The notes below the pieces were generated by a model. The model searched no databases. It was not told where the DNA came from and worked only from the letters and a program-made list of their open reading frames with translations. From NCBI GenBank assembly GCA_036514635.1, contig DATBWU010000155.1:802-64801 (forward strand): a stretch of DNA of 64,000 nucleotides, read 5' to 3'. Within the stretch, counting starts at the first letter, position 1; each line of letters starts with the position of its first letter. The stretch comes from Anaerolineae bacterium (GTDB taxonomy: Bacteria > Chloroflexota > Anaerolineae > Fen-1058). Positions 13,662 to 22,054 of the stretch are shown piece after piece. The translations under genes and the position numbers were made by a program.

Positions 13662-14039
13662 TTACAACACACGCCGTTTGAACTCCAGATGGCCTGTGCC
13701 AAAGTTGAGCACAAGCCCAACACGAAGTCCAGTGACCTTCAGGTAATTGATAATCTGCGCCTCTTCAATCTCAGTCAGGCATTTGATCGCTTTCGTATCC
13801 ACAATCACCTTACTGTCGACGACAAAGTCCGGGCGATACACTCCGGCTGATATGGTCTTGTAGGGCACAGAGAAAGTCTTTTGACGCTCAAAGGGTATAG
13901 CACGCAATCCAAACTCGTGGGCAAGGGCTTCCTCATACACTGCTTCTAGAAAACCAGGCCCGAGAATGGTATGTACCTCCATCGCCGCACCGATGATCTT
14001 GCCTGTCAAGTCCGCATATAGCAGTTTCTGTTCGGTCAT
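13662..14039 (-). CDS. GxxExxY-family protein (PD-(D/E)XK nuclease superfamily), inserted between pstC and pstA
   Basis: 125 aa. Motif ...LGPGFLEAVYEEAL... (GxxExxY), then DFVVD...VDTKA...E core. Visibly lower GC than its neighbours. Confidence 0.85.
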   Translation of the reverse strand: MTEQKLLYADLTGKIIGAAMEVHTILGPGFLEAVYEEALAHEFGLRAIPFERQKTFSVPYKTISAGVYRPDFVVDSKVIVDTKAIKCLTEIEEAQIINYLKVTGLRVGLVLNFGTGHLEFKRRVL

Positions 14040-14056
14040 CGTTACAGCTCCTGATT

Positions 14057-14122
14057 AACCACGGATGACACGGATGACACTGATAGCTCACACAATCCGT
14101 GTAATCTGTGTCATCCGTGGTT
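14057..14122. repeat. Palindromic element with AACCACGG...CCGTGGTT termini (CACGGATG words)
   Basis: aaccacggatgacacggatgacac...gtgtaatctgtgtcatccgtggtt. Overlaps the pstC stop codon. Confidence 0.85.
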
Positions 14123-15023
14123 AAGACAATAACCTTGCCGAGCGGCGCGTCTGCTGGAAGATCGCCACGGACGCGACGAGGTTGACGACGAACGTAATGA
14201 CGAACAAGACAATGCCGATGGCGAACAGCACGTGAAAGTGCGTGCTGCCCTGAGCCACTTCGCCCATCTCGGCGGCGATCGTCGCCGTCATCGTGCGCAC
14301 GGACAGGAAGAATGCGTCGAGCGAGAGCGGCATGCGCGCCGCGTTGCCGGTGACCATCATCACGGCCATCGTCTCGCCGATGGCCCGGCCAATGCCCAGC
14401 ATCATCGCCGTCAGGATGCCCGACCGCGCCGCCTTGACTGTGACCATCCAGATCGTCTGCCACTTGGTCGCGCCCAACGCCAGCGCCGCGTCGCGATAAC
14501 TCTTCGGCACCGCGTCCAGCGCATCTTCCGCCACGCTGATAATCGTCGGCAGTGCCATGTAGGCCAGCACGAGCGATCCGGTGAACGCCGTCAGGCCGGT
14601 CGGCGCGCCGAACGTCTCGCGCACCAGCGGCGACAACACTAACATGCCGATGAAGCCCAAGACGACCGATGGGATTCCGGCCAGCACTTCGATCGCCGGC
14701 TTCAGCACCTCACGCAGCCAGCGCGGCGCAACCTCGGCGATGAAAACCGCCGTCAGCAAGCCGGCCGGCAGCGCAATGACCGCCGCACCGAGCGTGACGA
14801 CGAGGGAGCCGAGAATCAGCGGGAGCAGCCCGAAATGCTGCTCGATGGGATACCAGCGCGTTGCGGCGAGATCGGCCAGCGGCACTTCGACAAACGCCGG
14901 CACACCCTCGCGCAGCAGAAACGCGAAGATGAGCACGACAAAACCGATCGCCATCCAGCCGCTGGCACGGATGATGCGCTCGGCGAGAAACTCGGTAAAT
15001 GACCTGCGCTTCGTGATGACCAT
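14121..15023 (-). CDS. pstC: Phosphate ABC transporter permease PstC
   Basis: 300 aa, multi-TM. ...AEDALDAVPKSYRDAALALGATKWQTIW... EAA-type loop. Confidence 0.9.
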   Translation of the reverse strand: MVITKRRSFTEFLAERIIRASGWMAIGFVVLIFAFLLREGVPAFVEVPLADLAATRWYPIEQHFGLLPLILGSLVVTLGAAVIALPAGLLTAVFIAEVAPRWLREVLKPAIEVLAGIPSVVLGFIGMLVLSPLVRETFGAPTGLTAFTGSLVLAYMALPTIISVAEDALDAVPKSYRDAALALGATKWQTIWMVTVKAARSGILTAMMLGIGRAIGETMAVMMVTGNAARMPLSLDAFFLSVRTMTATIAAEMGEVAQGSTHFHVLFAIGIVLFVITFVVNLVASVAIFQQTRRSARLLS

Positions 15024-15030
15024 TACCAGA

Positions 15031-15900
15031 TTACTTCAGCGGGACGAAACCCAATTCAGCCACAATCGCCTGCCCGTCCGGGCCGAGAATCCAATCGATG
15101 TACTCCTTGATCGCGCCTGCCGGCTCGCCGCGCGTGTACATGTATAGCGGGCGTGCGATCGGATACGAGCCATCATTCACCGACTCGATACCGGGCAGCA
15201 CAAAGGGCTTGCCCGGTGTGGCGGCTACGGCGATCGTCTTCACGTCGGGCGTGACATAGCCCAGGCCATCATACCCGATCGCGTTGACGTTCTGGCGAAT
15301 CTCGGCGGTGATTCCCTCACTCGACGGCAAGAGCAGCGTATCGGGCGAGAAGAGCGTCTTGTTCTCCTTCTGGCCCAGTCGAACGACCTGCTCCAGGAAG
15401 AAGACATGCGTGCCCGAGTTGGTCTCACGTGACAACAGGACGATCGGGCGGTCTTCGCCGCCGAGGTCTTTCCAGTTGGTGATCTTGCCGCTGAAAATGT
15501 CGGAGATCTGCTGAAGGGTGAGCGCGTCGACCGGATTCGCGGGGTGGACGATGACGGCGATCGCGTCGCGTGCGATTTCGATCTCGTAGGGTTGGGCGCC
15601 GCTGGCTTCTTGCCGCTCTTCGGGCTTGATGGCCCGGCTGGCATTCGCGATGTCGGCGGTTCCGTTGATCAGCGATGCGATGCCGGTTCCCGATCCGCCG
15701 CCGGTCACGGCGATGCGCACATCGGGATGTTGCTGTTGATACGCTTCGGCCCAGGCCAGTGCCAGATTCACGATGGTGTCCGAGCCGATGTTCTCGATTG
15801 TCGTCACACCGGAAAGGCTCGACTGTGCCCTGGCACATCCAGCGCATCCGGTGATCACCAGCAGGCCCAGCAGGAGGAATCGAAGGGGCAGCACACGCAT
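15031..15900 (-). CDS. pstS: Phosphate-binding protein PstS family (lipoprotein-like signal)
   Basis: 289 aa. N-terminal [10 protein letters not shown], periplasmic-binding motifs GGGSGTG and SRETNSGT. Confidence 0.85.
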   Translation of the reverse strand: MRVLPLRFLLLGLLVITGCAGCARAQSSLSGVTTIENIGSDTIVNLALAWAEAYQQQHPDVRIAVTGGGSGTGIASLINGTADIANASRAIKPEERQEASGAQPYEIEIARDAIAVIVHPANPVDALTLQQISDIFSGKITNWKDLGGEDRPIVLLSRETNSGTHVFFLEQVVRLGQKENKTLFSPDTLLLPSSEGITAEIRQNVNAIGYDGLGYVTPDVKTIAVAATPGKPFVLPGIESVNDGSYPIARPLYMYTRGEPAGAIKEYIDWILGPDGQAIVAELGFVPLK

Positions 15901-15908
15901 TGCGCGCG

Positions 15909-15936
15909 ATTATAACATGCCGGGCGGCCTTCACAA
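15909..15936 (-). promoter_or_regulatory. Candidate pstS promoter (TTGTGA-16-TATAAT), 8 nt from the ATG
   Basis: On the minus strand: TTGTGA (15936-15931), TATAAT (15914-15909), pstS ATG at 15900. No SD between them. Confidence 0.5.
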
Positions 15937-15941
15937 AGTGC

Positions 15942-15970
15942 TTGTGAGTTGCCCGGCTTCACGTTACAAT
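15942..15970 (+). promoter_or_regulatory. Candidate promoter of the second pstB (TTGTGA-17-TACAAT), 6 nt from the ATG
   Basis: TTGTGA 15942-15947, TACAAT 15965-15970, ATG 15977, no SD. The two -35 boxes form the palindrome TCACAaagtgcTTGTGA. Confidence 0.5.
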
Positions 15971-15976
15971 GACCCT

Positions 15977-16726
15977 ATGAACAAGATCGAGGTCGAGCAT
16001 CTGAACTTCTACTACAATGGGAAACAGGCTCTCATCGATGTCAACCTGAACATCCCCGACCGCCACATCACCGCGCTCATCGGCCCTAGCGGCTGTGGCA
16101 AATCGACCTTCTTGCGCTGCCTGAACCGCATGAACGACACGATTCCCGGCGCGTGCGCCGAAGGCACCATCCGGCTGGATAGCGTCGACGTGCTATCGCC
16201 GGCGCAAGACGTGGTCGATCTGCGGCGGCGCGTGGGCATGGTTTTCCAGAAGCCCAACCCGTTCCCGCAATCGATCTACGATAACGTCGCGTTCGGGCCG
16301 CGTGCGCTGAAGATGAAGAACAGCATGCTGGACGACGTGGTCGAACAGTCCTTGCGCGGCGCAGCGCTGTGGGACGAAGTGAAGGATAAGCTCAAGCATT
16401 CCGCACTGGAACTGTCGCTGGGCGAGCAGCAGCGCTTGTGCATCGCTCGCGTGCTGGCCGTCCAGCCCGAAGTGATCTTGATGGACGAGCCGTGCTCGGC
16501 GCTCGACCCCATCGCCACGCTCAAAATCGAAGACTTGATGCAACAGTTGAAACAGAAGTACGCCATCGTCATCGTCACCCACAACATGCAACAAGCCGCC
16601 CGCGCCAGCGATTCCGCCGGCTTCTTCTGGCTGGGCGAGCTGGTCGAGCATGGGCCGACCGAGAAGTTGTTCACCCGCCCGGAGAACCAGAGGACCGAAG
16701 ATTACATCACGGGACGATTTGGATAA
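15977..16726 (+). CDS. pstB: Second PstB-type phosphate ABC ATPase, divergent from pstS
   Basis: ATG 15977 ([13 protein letters not shown]). [25 protein letters not shown]-terminal [10 protein letters not shown]. Confidence 0.9.
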   Translation: MNKIEVEHLNFYYNGKQALIDVNLNIPDRHITALIGPSGCGKSTFLRCLNRMNDTIPGACAEGTIRLDSVDVLSPAQDVVDLRRRVGMVFQKPNPFPQSIYDNVAFGPRALKMKNSMLDDVVEQSLRGAALWDEVKDKLKHSALELSLGEQQRLCIARVLAVQPEVILMDEPCSALDPIATLKIEDLMQQLKQKYAIVIVTHNMQQAARASDSAGFFWLGELVEHGPTEKLFTRPENQRTEDYITGRFG

Positions 16727-16790
16727 GAGGCGTCGATTCGCAAAATACGATATAATCTGAGTGCCGCCGACCCTTATGGGCAGCGAGCTA

Positions 16791-16836
<46 letters not shown>

Positions 16837-16908
16837 AGCCCACTCGTTTTGCCGCTTGGATCGCACGCCGACCGAGACGGAGACCATGCAGAATTACACC
16901 GCTCGCCT

Positions 16909-16942
16909 GCGCCTGCCTGCGATCCTCGCAGCGGGCGCTTTT
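16909..16942 (+). terminator. Candidate intrinsic terminator about 180 nt after the second pstB
   Basis: gcgcctgcctgcga tcc tcgcagcgggcgc followed by tttt. Confidence 0.45.
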
Positions 16943-17014
16943 CGTTTCTACATTCGACATTCTGCATTCTACATTCGTCCGACCTGCTATCAGCCAGACT
17001 GAAGGAGAGTCAAA

Positions 17015-17890
17015 ATGGAACGCAAGAAAGTCAGCATCCCCTACCTGCACGGCAAGAAAGCGCGCGGCGAGCCGATCAGCATGGTCACCGCGTACGACTA
17101 CCCCGGCGCGCTGACGGCAGACGCCGCCGGCATCGACATGATCCTCGTCGGCGATTCGTTGGGCATGGTCGTCCTCGGCTACGAGTCCACCGTCCCGGTT
17201 ACGATGGACGAGATGATCATCCATGCCGCTGCTGTCAAGCGTGGCGCGAAAGCAACGTTCATCGTCGGCGACATGCCGTTCCTGTCCTATCAGGCCGACG
17301 TGAAAGAAGCCATTCACAACGCGGGCCGCTTCATGAAAGAAGGCGGCAGCGACGCGGTCAAGCTCGAGGGCGGCGCAGAAATGGCGGACACGCTCAAGGC
17401 CATCGTCGACGCGGGCATCCCGGTGATGGGCCACATCGGCCTGACACCACAGTCGGCCTCCAAGTTGGGCGGCTACCGCGTGCAGGGCAAGACCGCGCGC
17501 GCCGCGCTGAAACTGCTCGACGACGCGTTCGCTTTAGAGCAGGCCGGCGCGTTCAGCCTCGTCCTGGAGACGGTGCCGGATCGCGTGTCGGAGTTAGTGA
17601 GCAAGCGATTGAGCATCCCGACGATCGGCATCGGCGCGGGCGCCGGCTGCGACGGGCAGGTGCTGGTGTTCCACGACCTGCTCGGCTACTTCGATCGTTT
17701 TTCACCGCGTCACAACAAGCGCTACACCAACTTGCGCGAGATCATCGTCAACGCGCTGAGCGAGTATCGCCGCGAGGTTGAAACGCGCGCGTTCCCGACT
17801 GCCGAAAACTCATTTGCCATCGACGACGCGGAATTCCAGTCGTTGCTGCAAGCGTTAGGCGAGGTGCACCCTGAGGTAATGCCGGGTTAG
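17015..17890 (+). CDS. panB: 3-methyl-2-oxobutanoate hydroxymethyltransferase
   Basis: 291 aa. ...ISMVTAYDYP...ILVGDSLGMVVLGY...VGDMPF...KLEGG. SD AGGAG upstream. Confidence 0.93.
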   Translation: MERKKVSIPYLHGKKARGEPISMVTAYDYPGALTADAAGIDMILVGDSLGMVVLGYESTVPVTMDEMIIHAAAVKRGAKATFIVGDMPFLSYQADVKEAIHNAGRFMKEGGSDAVKLEGGAEMADTLKAIVDAGIPVMGHIGLTPQSASKLGGYRVQGKTARAALKLLDDAFALEQAGAFSLVLETVPDRVSELVSKRLSIPTIGIGAGAGCDGQVLVFHDLLGYFDRFSPRHNKRYTNLREIIVNALSEYRREVETRAFPTAENSFAIDDAEFQSLLQALGEVHPEVMPG

Positions 17891-18108
17891 AGGCTCTCCG
17901 AAAGCTCACCACCACGCCCCCGCCCAGCGCGCCCCCGCTGCTTCGCAGCGGACAGGGCGTGTCCGACGCTTCGCGTCGGGGGCGCGCCAGGCGAGACTCC
18001 ACCCCCTGAAGGGGGCAAGCGACACAAAGGAACACAAAGAAAACTTGGAGAGGCTTGGTGCCCCGGTGTCTTGGTGGTTACCACAGCGACCTTTTCGGAC
18101 AGGCTTTT
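17889..18108. repeat. MITE/REP-like element, family A copy 1
   Basis: Near-identical to 61090-61300. Outer arms agaggctctccgaaagc / gcttttcggacaggcttt-like, inner termini caccaccacg...cttggtggtt. Three mini stem-loops at 17935-17951, 17963-17979 and 18002-18015. Confidence 0.85.
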
Positions 18109-18126
18109 AGAAATGTGGAGGAGGCG

Positions 18127-19113
18127 ATGAACATCTCGATCATTGGCACGGGGGCGATGGCGTCACTATTCGGCGCGCGGCTATCGCGCGTGGCGAACGT
18201 GACGCTGATGGGCATGTGGACCGCAGCGGTGCAGGCGATCCGCCACGACGGCATCCGCATGGAGGGCGAAGGGACATTCCGTGTTCACGGCGCGAGCGAT
18301 CCCGACGATGCCCCGCCCGCCGATCTGGCTATCGTCTTGGTCAAGACGTATCAGACCGAGCGCGCCGCGCAGTGGGCCGCGCGCACGCTGAAACCCGGCG
18401 GCCTGGCGCTGACGCTGCAAAACGGGCTGGGCAACATCGAAGTGCTAGGCGCGCACGTCGGCATCGACCGCGCACTGCTCGGCGTGACCACGCAGGGCGC
18501 GACGCTGATCGGCCCGGGGCACGTTCGATCGGGCGGGCACGGCACGACGCACCTGGGCTTCTTGCCAGTCGAGCGTGCCGCGCCGCACAACGGCTCGGCG
18601 GAAAGCCTGGCGCACGAGGCGACGGCTCTGTTCAACGCCGCCGGGCTGACGAGTTTCGTCAGCGACAATATGCAGGCGCTGGCGTGGGGCAAGGTGATCG
18701 TTAACGCGGCGATCAACCCGCTCACCGCGATCCTGCGCGTGCCGAACGGCGCACTGGTCGAATCGGCGGACACGCTGGAACTGATGCGCCAGGCCTCCGC
18801 CGAAGCCGCATCGGTGGCAAAAGCACACGGCATCGCGCTGCCTTACCCCGATCCATTCGAGCACGTGAAGCAAGTCGCGCAGGCGACCGCGTCGAACCAC
18901 TCGTCGATGCTGCAAGACGTGCTCAACCACCGACCGACCGAGATCGATGCGATCAATGGTAAAATCGTCGAGTGTGGCCGGGCGGTCAACGTGCCGACGC
19001 CAATCAACGCGACACTCACAATGCTCGTTCGCGCCCTGGAAAAGGACTCGGCCGCAGAGAACGCAAAGAACGCGGAGAAGGAATTGAGTCGGATTCTGGA
19101 TGGAAGGATGTAG
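18127..19113 (+). CDS. panE: 2-dehydropantoate 2-reductase
   Basis: ATG 18127 with SD GGAGGAGG. N-terminal Rossmann IIGTGAMASLFG; ApbA/PanE C-terminal domain (SSMLQD). Confidence 0.85.
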   Translation: MNISIIGTGAMASLFGARLSRVANVTLMGMWTAAVQAIRHDGIRMEGEGTFRVHGASDPDDAPPADLAIVLVKTYQTERAAQWAARTLKPGGLALTLQNGLGNIEVLGAHVGIDRALLGVTTQGATLIGPGHVRSGGHGTTHLGFLPVERAAPHNGSAESLAHEATALFNAAGLTSFVSDNMQALAWGKVIVNAAINPLTAILRVPNGALVESADTLELMRQASAEAASVAKAHGIALPYPDPFEHVKQVAQATASNHSSMLQDVLNHRPTEIDAINGKIVECGRAVNVPTPINATLTMLVRALEKDSAAENAKNAEKELSRILDGRM

Positions 19114-19138
19114 GCCCGTGCCGGCCCTCAAAGACTAT

Positions 19139-19196
19139 CCACGAATCGGCACGAATATGCGCGAATCTATTCGTGTCGATTCGTGAAGATTCGTGG
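19139..19196. repeat. Hairpin of CACGAAT words
   Basis: ccacgaatcggcacgaatatgcgcgaat ct attcgtgtcgattcgtgaagattcgtgg. Confidence 0.8.
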
Positions 19197-19228
19197 ATCA
19201 CTTCTCAGCGTGACCAGGAGACAACACA

Positions 19229-20995
19229 GTGCGTCTATCTCATCACTTCGGCTCGACGCTGCGCGAAGCCCCTGCCGGCGTTGAAGCCATCAGCCACCAA
19301 CTGCTGCTACGCGCAGGCTTCATTCGCCAACTGGGGCAAGGTCTTTTTTCGTACCTGCCGCTCGCCAAGCGCTCGCTCACCAAAATCGAGAACATCCTGC
19401 GCGAAGAGATGAACGCGATCGGCGGGCAGGAGCTGACCATGCCGGTCGTGCATCCCGCGGAGGTGTGGCAGGCCACCGGGCGCTGGTACTCGGTCGGCCC
19501 GGAGATGGCCCGCTTCAAAGATCGCAAGGATCGCGATATGGTGCTGGCGATGACGCACGAGGAAGTCGTCGCCGACCTGTGCAAGACCGAGATCAAGTCG
19601 TACCGGCAACTGCCGCAACTGGTGTATCACATCCAGACCAAGTTTCGCGACGACCCGCGCCCGCGCGCCGGGCTGATCCGCGTGCGCGAGTTCACGATGA
19701 AGGACTCGTACAGCCTCGACCTGGACGAGGCCGGGCTGGACGAGCAGTATCGCGCGCACTATCAGGCTTACTTCAACATCTTCAATCGCTGCGGCGTGCC
19801 GGCCATCGCCGTCGGCTCCGACGTGGGCATGATGGGCGGCAGCCTGGCGCACGAATACATGTACCTCGCGCCGATCGGCGAGGACACGCTGGTGCTGTGT
19901 CGAGAGTGCGGTTACGCCGCCAACCGGCAGGTCGCGCGTTTCGCCAAGCCGCCCGCTCCACCCGAAGACCTCAAGCCGACTGCGAAAGTCGCTACGCCGG
20001 ACGCCAAGACCATCGACGCACTGGCGGTGTTTCTAAATGTGCCGAAGAGCAAAACGGCCAAGGCCCTGCTGATGATCGCCGGGCACGAGGAAGAAGGCAG
20101 AGCGCGCGAGGAGTTTATCTTCGCCGTAATTCGCGGCGATATGGAAGTGAACGAAACCAAGCTGGGCAACGCCGTCAAAGCCGACTGGCTGCGCCCGGCG
20201 ACCGACGACGAAATCCGCGCCGTCGGTGCGACGCCCGGTTATGCGTCGCCCATCGGCCTCAAGAATATTACGGTCGTCGTGGACGACGCCGTGCCGGCCT
20301 CGCCCAACCTCGTCGCGGGCGCGAACGAAGAAGGCTATCACCTGCTCAACGTCAACACGCCGCGCGATTACGCCGCGTCGATCGTCGCCGACATCGCGGC
20401 GGCGGGTGACGGCGACGCCTGCCTCAACTGCGGCCGGCCGCTGTACACCGCGCGCGGCGTCGAGATCGGCAACATCTTCAAGCTCGGCACGCGTTACTCG
20501 GGCGCAATCGGGGCGACGTACCTCGCCGCCGATGGGATGCAGAAGCCGATCGTGATGGGGTCGTATGGCATCGGATCGGGCCGCTTGCTGGCCTGTGTCG
20601 CCGAAGAGCATCACGACGACAAGGGGCTGATCTGGCCGATCAGCGTCGCGCCGTATCAGGTGCATCTCGTCTCGCTGGCGGGCGCGGATGCGAGTGTTGC
20701 CCAGGCCGCCGAGCGCGTGTATCGCACACTGCTGGATGCGGACATCGAAGTGCTGCACGACGATCGCGAAGAAAGCCCCGGCGTCAAGTTCGCCGACGCC
20801 GACCTGATCGGCATCCCGATTCGTTTGACGGTCAGCGCCAAGTCGATCGGTAAAGGCGGTGTCGAGATGAAGCGGCGCGATCGGCGCGACGTCGAGATCG
20901 TTGCCGAGTCCAACCTGATCGCGCGCTTGCAGGCGGAGATCAAGTCGATGTTCGAGGAGATTCAGGCGAGGGTCGTCGAGGTTCCGTTCAAGTGA
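19229..20995 (+). CDS. proS: Proline--tRNA ligase (bacterial type with editing insertion)
   Basis: 588 aa, GTG start with SD AGGAG. Class II motifs (FRDE.RPR.GL.R.REF, GSYGIG) and anticodon-binding C-terminus. Confidence 0.95.
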   Translation: MRLSHHFGSTLREAPAGVEAISHQLLLRAGFIRQLGQGLFSYLPLAKRSLTKIENILREEMNAIGGQELTMPVVHPAEVWQATGRWYSVGPEMARFKDRKDRDMVLAMTHEEVVADLCKTEIKSYRQLPQLVYHIQTKFRDDPRPRAGLIRVREFTMKDSYSLDLDEAGLDEQYRAHYQAYFNIFNRCGVPAIAVGSDVGMMGGSLAHEYMYLAPIGEDTLVLCRECGYAANRQVARFAKPPAPPEDLKPTAKVATPDAKTIDALAVFLNVPKSKTAKALLMIAGHEEEGRAREEFIFAVIRGDMEVNETKLGNAVKADWLRPATDDEIRAVGATPGYASPIGLKNITVVVDDAVPASPNLVAGANEEGYHLLNVNTPRDYAASIVADIAAAGDGDACLNCGRPLYTARGVEIGNIFKLGTRYSGAIGATYLAADGMQKPIVMGSYGIGSGRLLACVAEEHHDDKGLIWPISVAPYQVHLVSLAGADASVAQAAERVYRTLLDADIEVLHDDREESPGVKFADADLIGIPIRLTVSAKSIGKGGVEMKRRDRRDVEIVAESNLIARLQAEIKSMFEEIQARVVEVPFK

Positions 20996-20996
20996 G

Positions 20997-21113
20997 TAGT
21001 GACCAGTAATCAGTAACCAGTTGGCAGTAATCAGTTGGCAGTCGGCAGTGACAACCGATCACTGCCCACTGATCACCGCCCACTGGTCACTGCCCACTGA
21101 TCACTGTTCACTG
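20997..21113. repeat. About 115-nt imperfect palindrome of CAGTAAT / CACTGAT words
   Basis: gtgaccagtaatcagtaaccagttggcagtaatcagttggcagtcggcagtga ... tcactgcccactgatcaccgcccactggtcactgcccactgatcactg. Confidence 0.85.
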
Positions 21114-21132
21114 GCATCACTTGGAGTCAAAC

Positions 21133-22023
21133 GTGCAAGTCCTTACTGCCATCCAAGACTTCCGTGCTGCCAAATCCGCCCTGCCCGGCACATGGGGCTT
21201 CGCGCCAACGATGGGCTACCTGCACGAAGGCCACCTTTCGCTCGTGCGGCGCGCGAAAGCCGAGAACGATCGCGTCGCCGTCAGCATCTTCGTCAACCCG
21301 ACGCAGTTCGGACCGAATGAGGACCTCGCCGCTTACCCGCGTGACCTGGAACGCGATCTGAAATTGCTCGAACCGCTCGGCGTCGATCTGGTCTTTCATC
21401 CGACGCCCGAGGGGATGTATCCCTCACACTTCCAAACGTACGTCAGCGTAGAAGAAGTGACAAAAGTGTTGGAGGGTGCGGCGCGGCCCGGACACTTTCG
21501 CGGCGTGGCGACGGTCGTCGCGAAAGTGCTGAACATTGCGCAGGCCGATCGTGCTTACTTCGGTCAGAAAGACGCACAGCAGGTCATCATCATCAAGCGC
21601 CTGGTCGCCGACCTGGCGATCCCGGTTCAAATTGTCGTGTGCCCGACTGTCCGCGAACCGGACGGGCTGGCGATGTCGAGCCGCAACACCTATCTCAATC
21701 TCCAAGAACGCCGGGCGGCAACCGTTCTGTATCGTGCGCTGTGCGCGGCCCAAGAGCAATTCGAGGCGGGCACACGCAATGGCGGCGGGCTGCGCGAGAC
21801 AATGCGATCCACCTTAGCGCGAGAGCCGTTGGCGAAAGTGGAGTACGTCTCCGCCGCCGACCCGGAGACGCTGCTCGAACTGGATCAGGTCGGAGATCGC
21901 CTGCTGCTGTCGATGGCGGTTCGTATCGGCAAGACGCGGCTGATCGACAACTTTCTGTATGGGAACGGCGTCTGGATGATCGGCGAGTCAGCGAGTCAGC
22001 GAATCAGCGAACCAGCCAACTAA
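21133..22023 (+). CDS. panC: Pantoate--beta-alanine ligase
   Basis: GTG 21133 preferred (TTG 21121 possible). PTMGYLHEGHLSLV (HIGH-like), FVNPTQF, YFGQKD. The C-terminal tail reads into a word array. Confidence 0.9.
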   Translation: MQVLTAIQDFRAAKSALPGTWGFAPTMGYLHEGHLSLVRRAKAENDRVAVSIFVNPTQFGPNEDLAAYPRDLERDLKLLEPLGVDLVFHPTPEGMYPSHFQTYVSVEEVTKVLEGAARPGHFRGVATVVAKVLNIAQADRAYFGQKDAQQVIIIKRLVADLAIPVQIVVCPTVREPDGLAMSSRNTYLNLQERRAATVLYRALCAAQEQFEAGTRNGGGLRETMRSTLAREPLAKVEYVSAADPETLLELDQVGDRLLLSMAVRIGKTRLIDNFLYGNGVWMIGESASQRISEPAN

Positions 22024-22032
22024 CCAACCATC
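21985..22032. repeat. Period-8 word run grading from GAGTCAGC to CAACCAAC
   Basis: gagtcagc gagtcagc gaatcagc gaaccagc caactaac caaccatc. Contains the panC stop codon. Confidence 0.85.
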
Positions 22033-22054
22033 GCCCTATCTCACTATCGCACGT

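Noticed and set aside
15901-15976. A canonical Pho box in the pstS/pstB spacer.
   Set aside because: TTCACA-like hexamers are present, but their spacing (28 nt start to start) does not fit the 11-nt periodicity of E. coli or Bacillus Pho boxes. Only the palindrome is reported.
19114-19228. A T-box or other riboswitch leader upstream of proS. Likewise the 1396-1682 leader of ppdK.
   Set aside because: I could recognise no specifier loop/T-box sequence or known riboswitch core. The structures present are the generic word palindromes.
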